Shown here in pieces: positions 22,101 through 34,149 of a DNA stretch of 64,000 nt (the stretch's first letter is position 1; each line of letters starts with the position of its first letter). Made by a program: the position numbers and the translations under genes. The stretch comes from Macrostomum lignano (taxonomy: Eukaryota), in assembly GCA_002269645.1 (NCBI GenBank), contig NIVC01001521.1:210702-274701 (forward strand), in the 5' to 3' direction. Under the pieces are notes generated by a model. It was not told where the DNA came from, ran no database searches, and saw only the letters and a list, made by a program, of their open reading frames with translations.

Positions 22101-25100
22101 CAGAAAGCCAGTTCAGAACAGAAAGAAAGCGAAGCTTTGGTGGCCAAACGGTTAGATTCGGTTGAGCAGAAAAGTGATGAAGAACGCCAGAAGCTTGCGG
22201 AGCTACTTCAGCAGCAATTAGAGAAGCAGCAGAAGCAGCTAACTGCTTTAATGAATTCTGAGTCGAAGTTAAACAAGCAGACGTCGGACATATCCGAGCG
22301 TCTTATTGCGATTGAAAAAATGCCTCCAAAAGCCTCTTCAACTGAATCAGTTGTCAAACCAAGCGAAGGTGATACAATCTATCAAACTTTGACGGTAAAG
22401 ATTCAACAGCAGTTAAATGACAATAGCCAGGAGATTGTGTCGCTTAAAGAAGCAGATTCTGAGCAGAAAAAGAATGCTGCGAGTGTTGCTGATCGGCTCA
22501 CTGCGATTGAGAAAGCCTCTAGGGAGAATCAAGACAAGATGCAGCAGGATATGCAACAGCAAATGGCCGATTTCCAGAAGCAGTTGGCACAGCTGCGCAA
22601 AGATGGTGATGAACAGCGAGAATCCACCACTTCTTTGTCTGGTCGCTTGACTACTTTAGAATCGTCTGTAGAATCTGCCACAATAAACGAATCAAATGAA
22701 AACAAGGATCGAAGTAATTTGATGAAAGAGTTCAATGAGCAGTTGAAGCAGCATCAGAACCAGTTTGAATTGCTGCGGCAGACTGATTCTGGACACCAAG
22801 AGCTGGTAACCGCCATTGCGAAACGTTTAAGCAGCTTAGAGACGTCAATGTCATCTGCTACGAGCACGAGAAAGCAAGATGATAAGAGCGAGGAGGGCGA
22901 GAAAATTTCCGATGTGATTCGACATCAACTAGGCGAGTTAAAAGATCAAGTATCACAGCTTCAACAAGTGGAAGCTGAACAACGAAAGCTGACTGCCACA
23001 GTATCTGATCGACTAGATGTGGTCGAATCTAAGCTAGCCTCATCGTCATCTACTCAGCAAAATGATGATGCTGTTGCCCAGCAAAAGCTTATATCTGATT
23101 TGCAACAGAATCTTGTCAACTATCAGAGACAGATTGACTTGTTGAAACAGGCGGATGTACAACAAATCGAGACAGATGACTCCTTTGTCAAACGTTTAAT
23201 TGCTGTAGAAAAATTAGTCTCAGAGGTGAAAACTGGATTGCGCAATAGTGACTCAGACAGAGAGAAGCAGCTTCTGGAACTTCGCAACCTAATGGAGACC
23301 TGTCAGAAGCAGCTGTCGCAGTTGCAAGAGTCTGAAATCGAGCTGAGAAAATCCAGCGTTTCTATGTCGGAGCGTATCGAATCTGTACACCTCATGGCTT
23401 CATCTAATCATGAGAATGCAACTGCTGAGCGGCTTAAGCTGGCCAGTGACTTAGATAATCAGAACAGGCTGCTACAGCAAATGCAGCTGGCAGAGTCTGA
23501 ACAAGTAACTACAATTAGTGGCATCTCAGAACGCTTGCTAGCTATTGAAGCTGTGCTCTCCTCTGCAGCTAGCCTAAAAGACGGCGGCGAGGATGGTAAA
23601 CGGCGAAAAGCAATGATTGATCTGCGACAACATTTGAGCGATTATCAAAAGCAGTTGGAGCAACTGCGCCAGGCTGAGGCTGAGCAGAAAAAACTGGTAG
23701 AAGCTGTTCAGCAACGTTTAGTGTCGGTTGAATCGACTCTGAATTCGTTTGGCGAATCTAAGCCAGTAAATGTTGAGTCTGCTGAGACTTCACAACCAAA
23801 TTCTGATCTTACCAAGCAGAATAATGAGATTTCGGTATTGCAGGAAAAGTTAAAAGAATATCAAGTTCAAATAGGCGCCATCTCTGAGCGGCTCGATGCA
23901 AATGAGAAGATTTCTGAAAATGCTTCTGTAGAGGCTAAGTCGGCTGTAGCTTTGGTTAAGCAATTTGATAGTGACGAAATGCAAAAAGAACTAATTGCAG
24001 AGATGAAAAATCAATTGAGTGGTTATGAAGATCAGCTGAAGCTATTGCAGGACAAGGAGTCTGAAAAGCAAAAGTTTGTTGCAAAATTGTCGGAACAGTT
24101 GACTGCTCTGGAAGCTGCTGTCTCGGCAAATGCGCTATCAAAAGAAGCTGAGGTTAAGAAACAAGAGAAGCAGAAATCCGATCTGGAAAAACAACTCAAT
24201 GCCTATCAGCTGCAGTTGGCGTTGCTTAAAGACGCAGAAGCGGAACAGCGAAAACTTTCCACGGCCGTCTCTGAACGTCTAAGTGCTCTTGAGACTGCAT
24301 CCACTTTGTCAGATGAGCACAACTCAGCTGAGCGTTCCAAACTAGCTAAAACTTTCGAGCAGCAACTGTCCGGTTATCAAGAGCAGTTATTGCTATTAAA
24401 ACAGTTTAGTACGGAGCAGCAGAGTGTGAATGCTAATGTTTCTGATCGATTATTTGCATTGGAATCGTCAATAACCTCATTAGGAGCAGATAAGGAAAGT
24501 CTGGTTGAAGATCTCGTAAAGCTTAAAGAAGCTGAAGCTGAACTGCGTAAACTTGCAACATCCGTGTCGGAGCGTCTTGCAACTGTTGAATCAACCGTGG
24601 CATTGTTGACTTCTAGCAAGTCGCAATATGCAGCAGATCAGTCCAAGTTAACAGTGGAATTGCAGGACCAGTTCAGCACTTACCAGCAGCAGCTGGCTGT
24701 CCTCAAAGAAGCAGAAGTTGAACAACGCAAACTTGCTTTAACAGTGACAAAGCGTCTTGATGAGCTCGAGTCCAGCTTGAAGACGGTCACTAAACAAGTA
24801 AAAGCAGAAGATTTGAAGCAGCAGCTTGAAGAGTATCAGAGAAATTTAGATGCTAAGCATCAGATTTTTGTTTCAAATGTATCCGAACGGATAAATGCTG
24901 TAGATGCATCCTTCTCTGCTGCACAGGAGAACGGTTTAGGCGAACAGCAAAAGCTAACAGTCGAACTACAACAGCAGTTAAACAACTATCAGCAGCAGCT
25001 GGTGCTTCTGCAACAGACTGAAAGCGATAATAAACAACGCCTATTCGCTGTTGAATCTTCTGCAGCATCTATTGCTGGTGAAGACGAAGGTCGCAGACAG

Positions 25101-26873
25101 TCTATTGCTGCACTACAGAGGCAGGTAAATAACATCGAGGAGCAACTAGCTCAGCTGAAAGATTCTCCACCAGTGCCTGGTAGCAGCTGCAATGACACCG
25201 TAAACGAGACTTATTCAGCTGGTAACGTCACCGAAGCAGTTCGGCTGCATCGTCAGCTGGCGGAGTACCGCAGGCGACTTGTCGCCGTTGAACGACTGGC
25301 CTCTAGCAGCTGCAACTGCAGCATTCGCGACTTCAAAGCTGAGGATCCATTTCCAAACTTAGTGCCGGACTTTGCTCTGCACAGCGCTGGCGCCTACGTG
25401 GTTGGCACCCGGTGCACTGTGGCCTATAACGGCCAGGCCTCCGTTGTGGAACTGTTCGGCTTCCCTGTGTTGGCCTTCTCACGGTCGCCAACTACAGCAT
25501 TGGAGCCCGACACCAATCTGGGCGAGTGCTGGGCCTTCCAGGTGCGCTGACTACGGGCTGTTGCAGAGTTTCTGACAAATCAAAACTTGTCTGACTGTGT
25601 GTCAGTGTCTGTCCTTGTGTCCGACTTAGTGGCTGTCTCAGTGTCTGTCTCAGTGTCTGTCTTAGTGACTGTCTCAGTATCTGTCTCAGTGTCTGTCTCA
25701 GTGTCTGTCTTAGTGACTGTCTCAGTGTCTCTCACAGTGTCAGTCTCAGTGTCTGTCTCAGTGTCTGTCTCAGTGTCTGTCTCAGTGTCTGTCTCAGTGT
25801 CTGTCTTAGTGACTGTCTCAGTGTCTGTCTCAGTGTCTGTCTTAGTGTCTGTCTCAGTGTCTGCCTCAGTGTCTGTCTCAGTGTCTGCCTCAGTGTCTGC
25901 CCAGTGTCTGCCTCAGTGTCTGTCTCAGTGTGTGTCTCAGTGTCTGTCTCAGTGTCTGCCCAGTGTCTGCCTCAGTGTGTGTCTCAGTGTCTGTCTCAGT
26001 GTCTGCCCAGTGTCTGCCTCAGTGTCTGCCTCAGTGTCTGCCTCAGTGTCTGTCTTAATGTCTTTCTCAGTGTCTGCCTCAGTGTCTGTGTCAGTGTCTG
26101 TGTCAGTGCCCCTCCTAGTGTCTGTCTCAGTGTCTGTCTCAGTGTCTGTCTCAGTGTCTGCCCAGTGTCTGCCTCAGTGTGTGTCTCAGTGTCTGTCTCA
26201 GTGTCTGCTCAGTGTCTGCCTCAGTGTCTGCCTCAGTGTCTGCCTCAGTGTCTGTCTTAATGTCTTTCTCAGTGTCTGCCTCAGTGTCTGTGTCAGTGTC
26301 TGTGTCAGTGCCCCTCCTAGTGTCTGTCTCAGTGTCTGCCCAGTGTCTGCCTCAGTGTCTGTCTCAGTGTCTGCCCAGTGTCTGCCCAGTGACTGCCTCA
26401 GTGTCTGTCTCAGTGTCTGTCTGTCTCACACAGTTTATAAACAAATTTTTCTATCAGACAGATCTTTATCGGCTATTTATAATTAAGTGTATTTTTAAAA
26501 AACAAACTCGCTTCAATCTCTCTGTCCGCAGGGCTTCCCCGGACATCTCATAGTCCGCCTGGCCGTGCCCGCCAGAGTCAGCTCGGTGACCATCGACCAT
26601 GCCGCCAGGGAGGTGTCCTACAATGCCTCCATGAGCAGCGCGCCGCGGAACTTCTCTGTCTATGGCCTGGAGTCCTCCTACACAGCTTTCACCGAAGCTG
26701 TGATTTTGGGTTCCTTTGTCTACAACGCCGACACGGGACCCGCTTCGCAGACGTTTCATCTCAATTCGACCACTGAACGCTACTGGGAATACGTGGAACT
26801 GGTTGTTGAGAGTAACCATGGCAACGAGATGTACACCTGTCTGTATCGGTTCAGGGTGCACGGTTTGGCCTAG
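19179..26873 (+). CDS. Giant SUN-domain nuclear envelope protein (SUN1/2-like, about 1926 aa); exons 19179-19213, 19327-19401, 19517-19549, 19653-19777, 20371-25541, 26532-26873
   Basis: All GT-AG junctions are phase-consistent. The N-terminus has SUN1-like motifs YTYAYS and RSPNLSRSPL. One TM segment at about 21120-21210, then a long heptad-rich region. C-terminal SUN domain: PDFALHSAGA...LEPDTNLGECWAFQ|GFPGHLIVRL...TIDH...SSAPRNFSVYG...VELVVESNHG...CLYRFRVHG. Confidence 0.92.
19855..20270. repeat. Intronic 22-bp-based minisatellite
   Basis: Unit cttaatccagattcggtggtct and variants. Confidence 0.9.
25590..26430. repeat. Intronic 12-bp tandem repeat
   Basis: (cagtgtctgtct)n fills the last SUN intron. 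Confidence 0.95.
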
Positions 26874-26979
26874 CGCTGTGACTTATCATATTTTTAATAT
26901 ATATTACTGTCACTAAGGTGTGCTTTGAAGTCTCAGTATTCAGTGTAGGACACCTGCCATTGAGTTCAAACATCAATCC

Positions 26980-27390
26980 TTGAGAGTCTGCCCTCTCGAC
27001 TCCCCTCAGTCCGTGAGAGTCTGCCCTCTCGACTCCCCTCAGTCCGTGAGAGTCTGCCCTCTCGACTCCCCTCAGTCCGTGAGAGTCTGCCCTCTCGACT
27101 CCCCTCAGTCCGTGAGAGTCTGCCCTCTCAACTCCCCTCAGTCCGTGAGAGTCTGCCCTCTCAACTCCCCTCAATCCGTGAGAGTCTGCCTCTCAACTCC
27201 CCTCAATCCGTGAGAGTCTGCCCTCTCAACTCCCCTCAGTCCTTGAGAGTCTGCCTCTCAACTCCCCTCAGTCCTTGAGAGTCTGCCTCTCAACTCCCCT
27301 CAGTCCTTGAGAGTCTGCCTCTCAACTCCCCTCAGTCCTTGAGAGTCTGCCCTCTCAACTCCCTCAGTCCGTGAGAGTCTGCCCCTCCAC
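26980..27390. repeat. 33-bp tandem repeat, about 12 copies
   Basis: Unit gagagtctgccctctcgactcccctcagtccgt. Confidence 0.94.
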
Positions 27391-28484
27391 TCTCTCAGGC
27401 CTCAGTCCCTGTGAACCCGTGAAACCTACTTAATACCTATGCTTAAGCTTAAAAAAAACAAGTAGTTTTTTTGTATTTTAACTTGTATAAAGGCGTATTA
27501 CACGTGTAATCGTTGCAACGAATGTTAAATTAGTTTTTGTTTGTTAAAGAAAATTTAATATTTATAGTAGGAAATTTTGTTAACAACTTTGAACTTTTAT
27601 ACTTTGTGTGTTAATAAATATTTATTTATCAAGTTTACACAGTATAATATTTCTACTTATGAAACGGCATTTTCACTTAATTACAAACCGCATCATGAAC
27701 AGCCTGAGTTAATGAAAATTTGTTTAAATTCGTGTTGTTGCTAAATTTAAAATCGAACAATTTTTTGCATGCTCATATCTCTGAATGATAACTTTGATAT
27801 TTGCCTGTTTATGAATCGAGGTCCATTGTTTTTATTTATATGAATTCTGTGTCATTTTTATTCACTTTTTCACATTAAAATCCGCATCTTCATGTGCAAT
27901 CGCTTAACTCCATGATTTCTAAGATTTCCCAAAAAATTGGCTCAAATAGCGCACTTAAAAAAACAAAGGAAAACTTTTTTCTTAGAAAAGCATTTTTGGA
28001 GGCTGGGTTTTTGGGAACAAGTGTTGCTAGTTAATAACGAATTCTTCTCATAGTTAACTCTCATTAAGCATTGTGTTAATTATCCATTTTGAGCACGTAT
28101 AACATAACACATGAGAACCGCAAGATTAGAATCTCCCTAGTTTTAGACTTATTTAATATTTATTATAATAACGCCATATTTTTTGCCAGGTTTGTCGTTA
28201 TTGTTACACACCAAGTTTTTTATTGTTCAATTAATTTATCAGCGTGTCTCTCAGCAGGATATCAATTTTACCGTACTCTGTTGTTTTCTAACAAAAATGT
28301 GAGATTACTCAATTTCTTTATGTAGCTTGTAAAAAGTCATGAACAAGCACATTTTTGAAAGTGAAGACGCTGTCATATTTAAATACAATTTAGGGAATTT
28401 GTTGCAGTATCTTAATGTCTTGTGGTTCTTGTTTTATATTATTATAAATTTTTGTATTATCTTGGAAACTGCTATAATTTAGAT

Positions 28485-28620
28485 AGGTGAATTTTGAGCT
28501 TGTGAATCAAACTGGTGAATTTCGGGGTTGTGAAATAAACTGGTGAATTTCGAGCTTGTGAATCAAACTGGTGAATTTCGAGCTTGTGAATGAAGCTGGT
28601 GAATTTCGAGCTTGTGAATT
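28485..28620. repeat. 28-bp tandem repeat, about 4.5 copies
   Basis: Unit gtgaatttcgagcttgtgaatcaaactg. Confidence 0.85.
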
Positions 28621-28745
28621 GTGGTTGTAATTATCTCATAGTCTAGCAAGAACCCAACTGTTGAACTATATGAAATCTTTTCAGCTCATTAACTAATATT
28701 AAAATCGATCAATTATTGAGCAAAGATCGCTCATCCAGCAAAATA

Positions 28746-30571
28746 ATGTCGGATTCTGCAGGCATTCACGAGACCGATCTGAACCCGTCATATGCCCCTA
28801 CTCGCAATCGGTCAAAGCAAATATTTGCTTGCTTACTAAAGCTGCTCATGGTTGGCGTCACCCTTAGTCTTGGCATCCTACTCATAGTAGTCAGTATAGT
28901 TTTAGTTGCAGTTTTCCCGTCTGTATTCCGTTCACGAATTGCGAGCTCAATGCCGCTAGTGAATGGCAGTTTCACTTTCAAGGCTTGGAATTCTCCCAGT
29001 ACACCAATCTACATGCAGTTCTGGCTGTTCAGCATCACTAATCCCCAAGAATTCCTGTCTGGCGGTAAACCCCTGCTCAATGATGTCGGACCGTTCACCT
29101 ATCAGGAGCGACGAGTGAAGTCTGGCGTTGAATTCAACTCAAATGGCTCTGTGCTGAGATATCAGCAATCAACATTTTATCATTTCAGGCGGGATTTGTC
29201 CTGCTGCTGGGAGGATACAAATGTCACAACTTTGAATCTGATGTACGTTGGTTTGACCCACAAGATGCAGTACAGTAGTAGTTACGTCAAAAACATTGCA
29301 AACAATTTATTAAGAAGCGGCAAGCATCGATTGGTGATGACCCGGCCTGCTAAACAGATTCTGTGGGGTTATCACGATGTACTTTTGAAAACTATGCAGC
29401 CAATAGCCAGGCTAGCTGGCGCTACACTAAAAAGTGAACTGGGTCTATTTGCCGATAAGAATGGCAGTCTAGGCGACCCCTACCAGATCCGCACCGGAGC
29501 TGATGACGTCAATCGTCTTGGAGAAATTATCACTTGGAAAGGTTTAGATCGTCTGCTACATTGGAACAGCTCTCAGGCCAATATGATTAATGGCACTGAT
29601 GGGGCCATGTTTCCGCCGTTTGTGTCTCGCTCCGACTTGCTGTACTTGTTCAGCTCCGACATATGCCGGTCGATTTATCTCAAGTATAGGGGCGATGTGA
29701 TGCTCCACAATACTGTGCCATTGTACAGGTGAGCTATAGCTGCGTGTTCACTGCCCGTTCTGTGCTGTGTGTGCAATGTTTGTGTCTTTAACTTAGTTGG
29801 TATAGTCACTCTTGTGGGTATGCTTCTGTCACTCTTGTGTTGATGTTTCAGTCACTCTTGTGGGGATGCTTCTGTCACTCTTGTGGTGATGCTTCAGTCA
29901 CTTTTGTGTTGATGTTTCAGTCACTCTTGTGGGGATGCTTTTGTCACTCTTGTGGAGATGCTTCTGTCACTCTTGTGGTGATGCTTCTGTCACTCTTGTG
30001 TTGATGTTTCAATCACTCTTGTGGGGATGCTTCTGTCACTCTTGTGGGGATGCTTCTGTCACTCTTGTGGGGATGCTTCTGTCACTCTTGTGGGGATGCT
30101 TCTGTCACTCTTGTGGAGATGCTTCTGTCACTCTTGTGGGGATGCTTCTGTCACTCTTGTGGAGATGCTTCTGTCACTCTTGTGGGGATGCTTCTGTCAC
30201 TCTTGTGGGGATGCTTCTGTCACTCTTGTGGGGATGCTTCTGGCACTCTGTGGAGAATGTTTGTCACTCAGCCGCCACTTGCCCCCCCCCAGGTTTCAAG
30301 CACCAGCCGAGATGTTCATGAACGCCACTCTGAACCCCAGCAATCGCGGCTTCTGCTTAGACGGCCGCTGCCTGGACTCCGGTGTGCTCAACATCTCCGC
30401 CTGCGCCGAGGGCGCCCCCATCCTCATGTCGCAGCCGCATTTCTACCAGGCCGCTGCGCAGTACCAGGACGCTTTGGGGGGCCTCAGTCCCGGCCCCGAG
30501 TTTGACACCGTGCTGGATGTGGAGCCCAACACTGGACTGGTTATGCGGGCCGCCAAGAAGCTGCAGGTGTG

Positions 30572-30604
<33 letters not shown>

Positions 30605-31307
30605 TAGTGTCTGTCTTAGTGTCTGTGTGTCTGTCTGTCTGTGTGTGTGTCTGTCTGTGTGTCTGTCTGTCTGTCTGTCTGTGTCTGTCTGTCTGTTTGT
30701 CTGTCGGTCTGTCTGTCTGTATGTCTGCCTGTCTGTTTGTCTGTCTATCTATCTATACCTACCTACCCACTCGCAGATCAACATGGCGGTGACCCCCAGC
30801 CGGCAGTTCGCAGACCTGCAGAACCTCAACAGCACACTGATCATGCCGCTAGCCTGGCTGAATGAGTCGGCCTGTCTGGACCCGGAGTCGGCAGGGAAAT
30901 TCCGAGCCGGGGTGCTGCAGCCCCGCGACACAGTGGCCCGAGTGCAGTGGAGCCTCCTGGCTATCGGCTTCCTGCTGTGCGGCCTCGCTCTGCTCTGCCT
31001 CGGCTTCAAGTGCCGCCGGCGCTACCTGCGTCAGCGTGCCGGGCCGCGCAGCCTCCGACTCTGCGCCGGCAAAGCCTCGTTCGCGTCCACCTCGTCAACG
31101 GCGTCGCCATGCAAACGGGGCAGCTTGGCGGCCAACCCTGGCAACGGCTTGGTTAGCAACGGGTCCCACGGCGGCGACATGGATGATAACACTCCCGCTT
31201 CCACTCTGCTGGCATCGGCCTCTGCCTCCGCGGCTGCAGATGCGGCTAGTCAGCCTCTTGATGATGAAGCTGAAACTGCCGAAACTGTCATTGGTGCTGG
31301 AGCTTGA
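28746..31307 (+). CDS. CD36/scavenger receptor class B (LIMP-2/SR-BI-like); exons 28746-29728, 30293-30566, 30777-31307
   Basis: N-terminal TM and CD36 motifs [76 protein letters not shown], plus a C-terminal TM. Splice phases are consistent. Confidence 0.93.
29805..30270. repeat. Intronic 23-bp tandem array
   Basis: Unit gatgcttctgtcactcttgtggg. Confidence 0.94.
30570..30760. repeat. (TGTC)n microsatellite filling CD36-like intron 2
   Basis: tgtctgtctgtc run between the donor at 30567 and the acceptor at 30776. Confidence 0.92.
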
Positions 31308-31334
31308 GTCTGCGGATGCATTGGGCTAGATGCC

Positions 31335-31735
31335 CCAAATACTCAGTTGCTATGCGAGCCTCCCGGATCCTCAGTTGCTATGCGAGCCTCCCGGATCCTC
31401 AGTTGCTATGCGAGCCTCCCGGATCCTCAGTTGCTGGGCCAGCCTCCCAGATCCTCAGTTGCTAAGCCGGCCTCCCAGATCCCCAGTTGCTGGGCCACCA
31501 GCCTCCCAAACCCTCAGTTGCTGGGCCACCAGCCTCCCAGATCCTCAGTTGCTGGGGCACTAGCCTCCCAGATCCTCAGTTGCTGGGGCACCAGCCTCCC
31601 AGATCCTCAGCCGCTGAGCCACCAGCCTCCCAGATCCTCAGTTGCTGAGCCAGCCCCCCCCAGATCCGCAGTTGCTATGCCAACCTCCCAAATCCTCAAT
31701 TGCTATGCCAACCTCCCAAATCCTCAATTGCCACG
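31335..31735. repeat. About 28-bp minisatellite, array 1
   Basis: Unit gccagcctcccagatcctcagttgctgg and variants, beginning just after the stop codon. Confidence 0.92.
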
Positions 31736-32536
31736 CAGTCTTACCTCTACTTAAAATATTCTGCATGTATTTATATATGTGTAGGCCAATCAAAATCGCC
31801 AATATTCTGTGCAGTTGAATTATTTCTTTATATATACATTGTAATGTCCTTAGCATGCTACTCAGGAGTAGTGCATGAGTAAAAAATGATTATTTAGTAT
31901 TTATTAAACATTTGTTAAACGAGTATATTGCGTGTTGCCAATTTTAGAACTTTAGCTGCTCTACTTGTGTGTTCAAGCCAATCCTTGATTCAAAATTACT
32001 CCTGCTCGTAATGCTGGACTTAGTTTATTTAGTTTTGCGCCCTTATCTATGCATGAAATGTGCAATATCTATTGTAGTTTCCGTTTCTCCGGCTGATTTG
32101 AGCTTAATTCTATTTCTCTTTTCGTTATGGGCATTAATGCAAAAAACCTATATCTACTTTAAAAGCATGTTTTATGTTGTTATAATCTCTGTTTATTTTG
32201 AAAAGTGAATTTTCAATTGCTAGCCAACTGAATCAAATCGCTATTTAATTATTTGCAGTTGACAAGTGTGCTGTGCTTGATTTTTCATTGACAATTTCTG
32301 TTCTGCTCACTGCAGGTGGTCCCTGAATTGGCAGCTGATCAATGTGCGGTCTTCTGCATGCATGCACGATGGACCTTATACAGTTGTTGGTTGCAATCGT
32401 TTATTTTTTTGGTGGCTCTGTTTTTGTATTGAATTTGCTGTGACTTTGCTTTAGCTTGAAACTCTATGCTTCATCCGTTTATCATTTGTTCATTTTCTCT
32501 TTTTAGAATTCCTGTGTTTGATGTATTATATACCAC

Positions 32537-33545
32537 TGCCCTCCCAGATCCTCAGTGTCTGGGCCAGCCTCCCAGATCCTCAGTTGCTGGGCCAGCCGCC
32601 CAGATAGATCCTCAGTTGCTAGGCCAGCCTCCCAGATCCTCAGTGTCTGGGCCAGCCTCCCAGGTCCTCAGTTGCTGGGCCAGCCTCCCAGATTCTCAGA
32701 GGGCCACCAGCCTCCCAGATCCTCAGTGTCTGGGCCAGCCTCCCAGATCCTCAGTGTCTGGGCCAGCCTCCCAGATCCTCAGTGTCTGGGCCAGCCTCCC
32801 AGATCCTCAGTTGCTGGGCCAGCCGCCCAGATAGATCCTCAGTTGCTAGGCCAGCCTCCCAGATCCTCAGTGTCTGGGCCAGCCTCCCAGGTCCTCAGTT
32901 GCTGGGCCAGCCTCCCAGATTCTCAGAGGGCCACCAGCCTCCCAGATCCTCAGTTGCTGGGCCACCAGCCCAGATCCTCAGTTGCTGGGCCACCAGCCTC
33001 CCAGATCCTCAGTTGCTGGGCCACCAGCCCAGATACTCAGTTGCTGGGCCAGCCTCCCAGATCCTCAGTCTCTGGGCCAGCCTCCCAGGTCCTCAGTTGC
33101 TGGGCCAGCCTCCCAGATTCTCAGAGGGCCACCAGCCTCCCAGATCCTCAGTTGCTGGGCCACCAGCCCAGATCCTCAGTTGCTGGGCCACCAGCCTCCC
33201 AGATCCTCAGTTGCTGGGCCACCAGCCCAGATCCTCAGTTGCTGGGCCACCAGCCTCCCAGATCCTCAGTCTCTGGGCCAGCCTCCCAGATCCTCAGTTG
33301 CTGGGCCAGCCTCCCAGATTCTCAGTTGCTGGGCCAGCCTCCCAGATCCTCAGTTGCTGGGCCACCAGCCCAGATCCTCAGTTGCTGGGCCACCAGCCCA
33401 GATCCTCAGTTGCTAGGCCACCAGCCCAGATCCTCAGTTGCTGGGCCACCAGCCCAGATCCTCAGTTGCTGGGCCACCAGCCTCCCAGATCCTCAGTTGC
33501 TGGGCCACCAGCCCAGATACTCAGTTGCTGGGCCACCAGCCCAGA
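32537..33545. repeat. About 28-bp minisatellite, array 2 (same family as 31335-31735)
   Basis: Same cccagatcctcagttgctgggcc core, with higher-order blocks. Confidence 0.95.
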
Positions 33546-34149
33546 TTCTTAGTGACAAAATTTATCTGTATAATGAATAAACAAATTTGCACAAAAAATT
33601 GTGAAATAAGTTTTTTGCCACAAAAATCTAAGCCATGCAATTTGAATTCTCGCGGTCTGTCTGGTGGTTTTTTCGTTTTCGTTATGACCGTGCTCAGCTT
33701 GATCAGCAGCGAGGTGCGCAAATGCAGTCCAAGCCTTAATGCTGACTGACTTGAATTGAAGCCTTTCCAACTTGCCAAAGTAATTATTTGAAATATGAAT
33801 TTCTACTTAATATTTCTTCTTTTTCTGTTACGAGCAATACCAGCAAAAGCCGTGCGTTTTGTTAATTTTTGCTTTTGGACTTTTGGGCTTGGTTGCAGCT
33901 ATAATTTCTGCTATCCTTCATCAACTCCTGCTCACACAGTTGCTTGTACCGTAAACCGGGTGTTTTCTGGCAGTTTATTGTGATTGTTTAGCTCTGTCTG
34001 TCGCAATAGTATTTGCTGATGACTGTTATTTCAATACGATTTTCAGTTCAGGTTGATTGCTTCAATCATGTACATTAGGCATTGTGCGTGCCTTTGAATC
34101 TATTTTGCGTTTATTGGTTGCTTTTTTGTAAGACCATGCAGTCAAGAAA

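Noticed and set aside
25587-26486. Long SV/CL-rich ORFs
   Set aside because: Translations of an intronic 12-bp repeat between valid splice sites.
29929-30292. Repeat-encoded N-termini of ORFs 29929..30321, 30021..31307 and 30044..30505
   Set aside because: Intronic 23-bp array. The true exon starts at 30293.
32555-33580. 341-aa and 256-aa P/S/Q-rich ORFs
   Set aside because: Open in several frames because the repeat lacks stops. No coding evidence.
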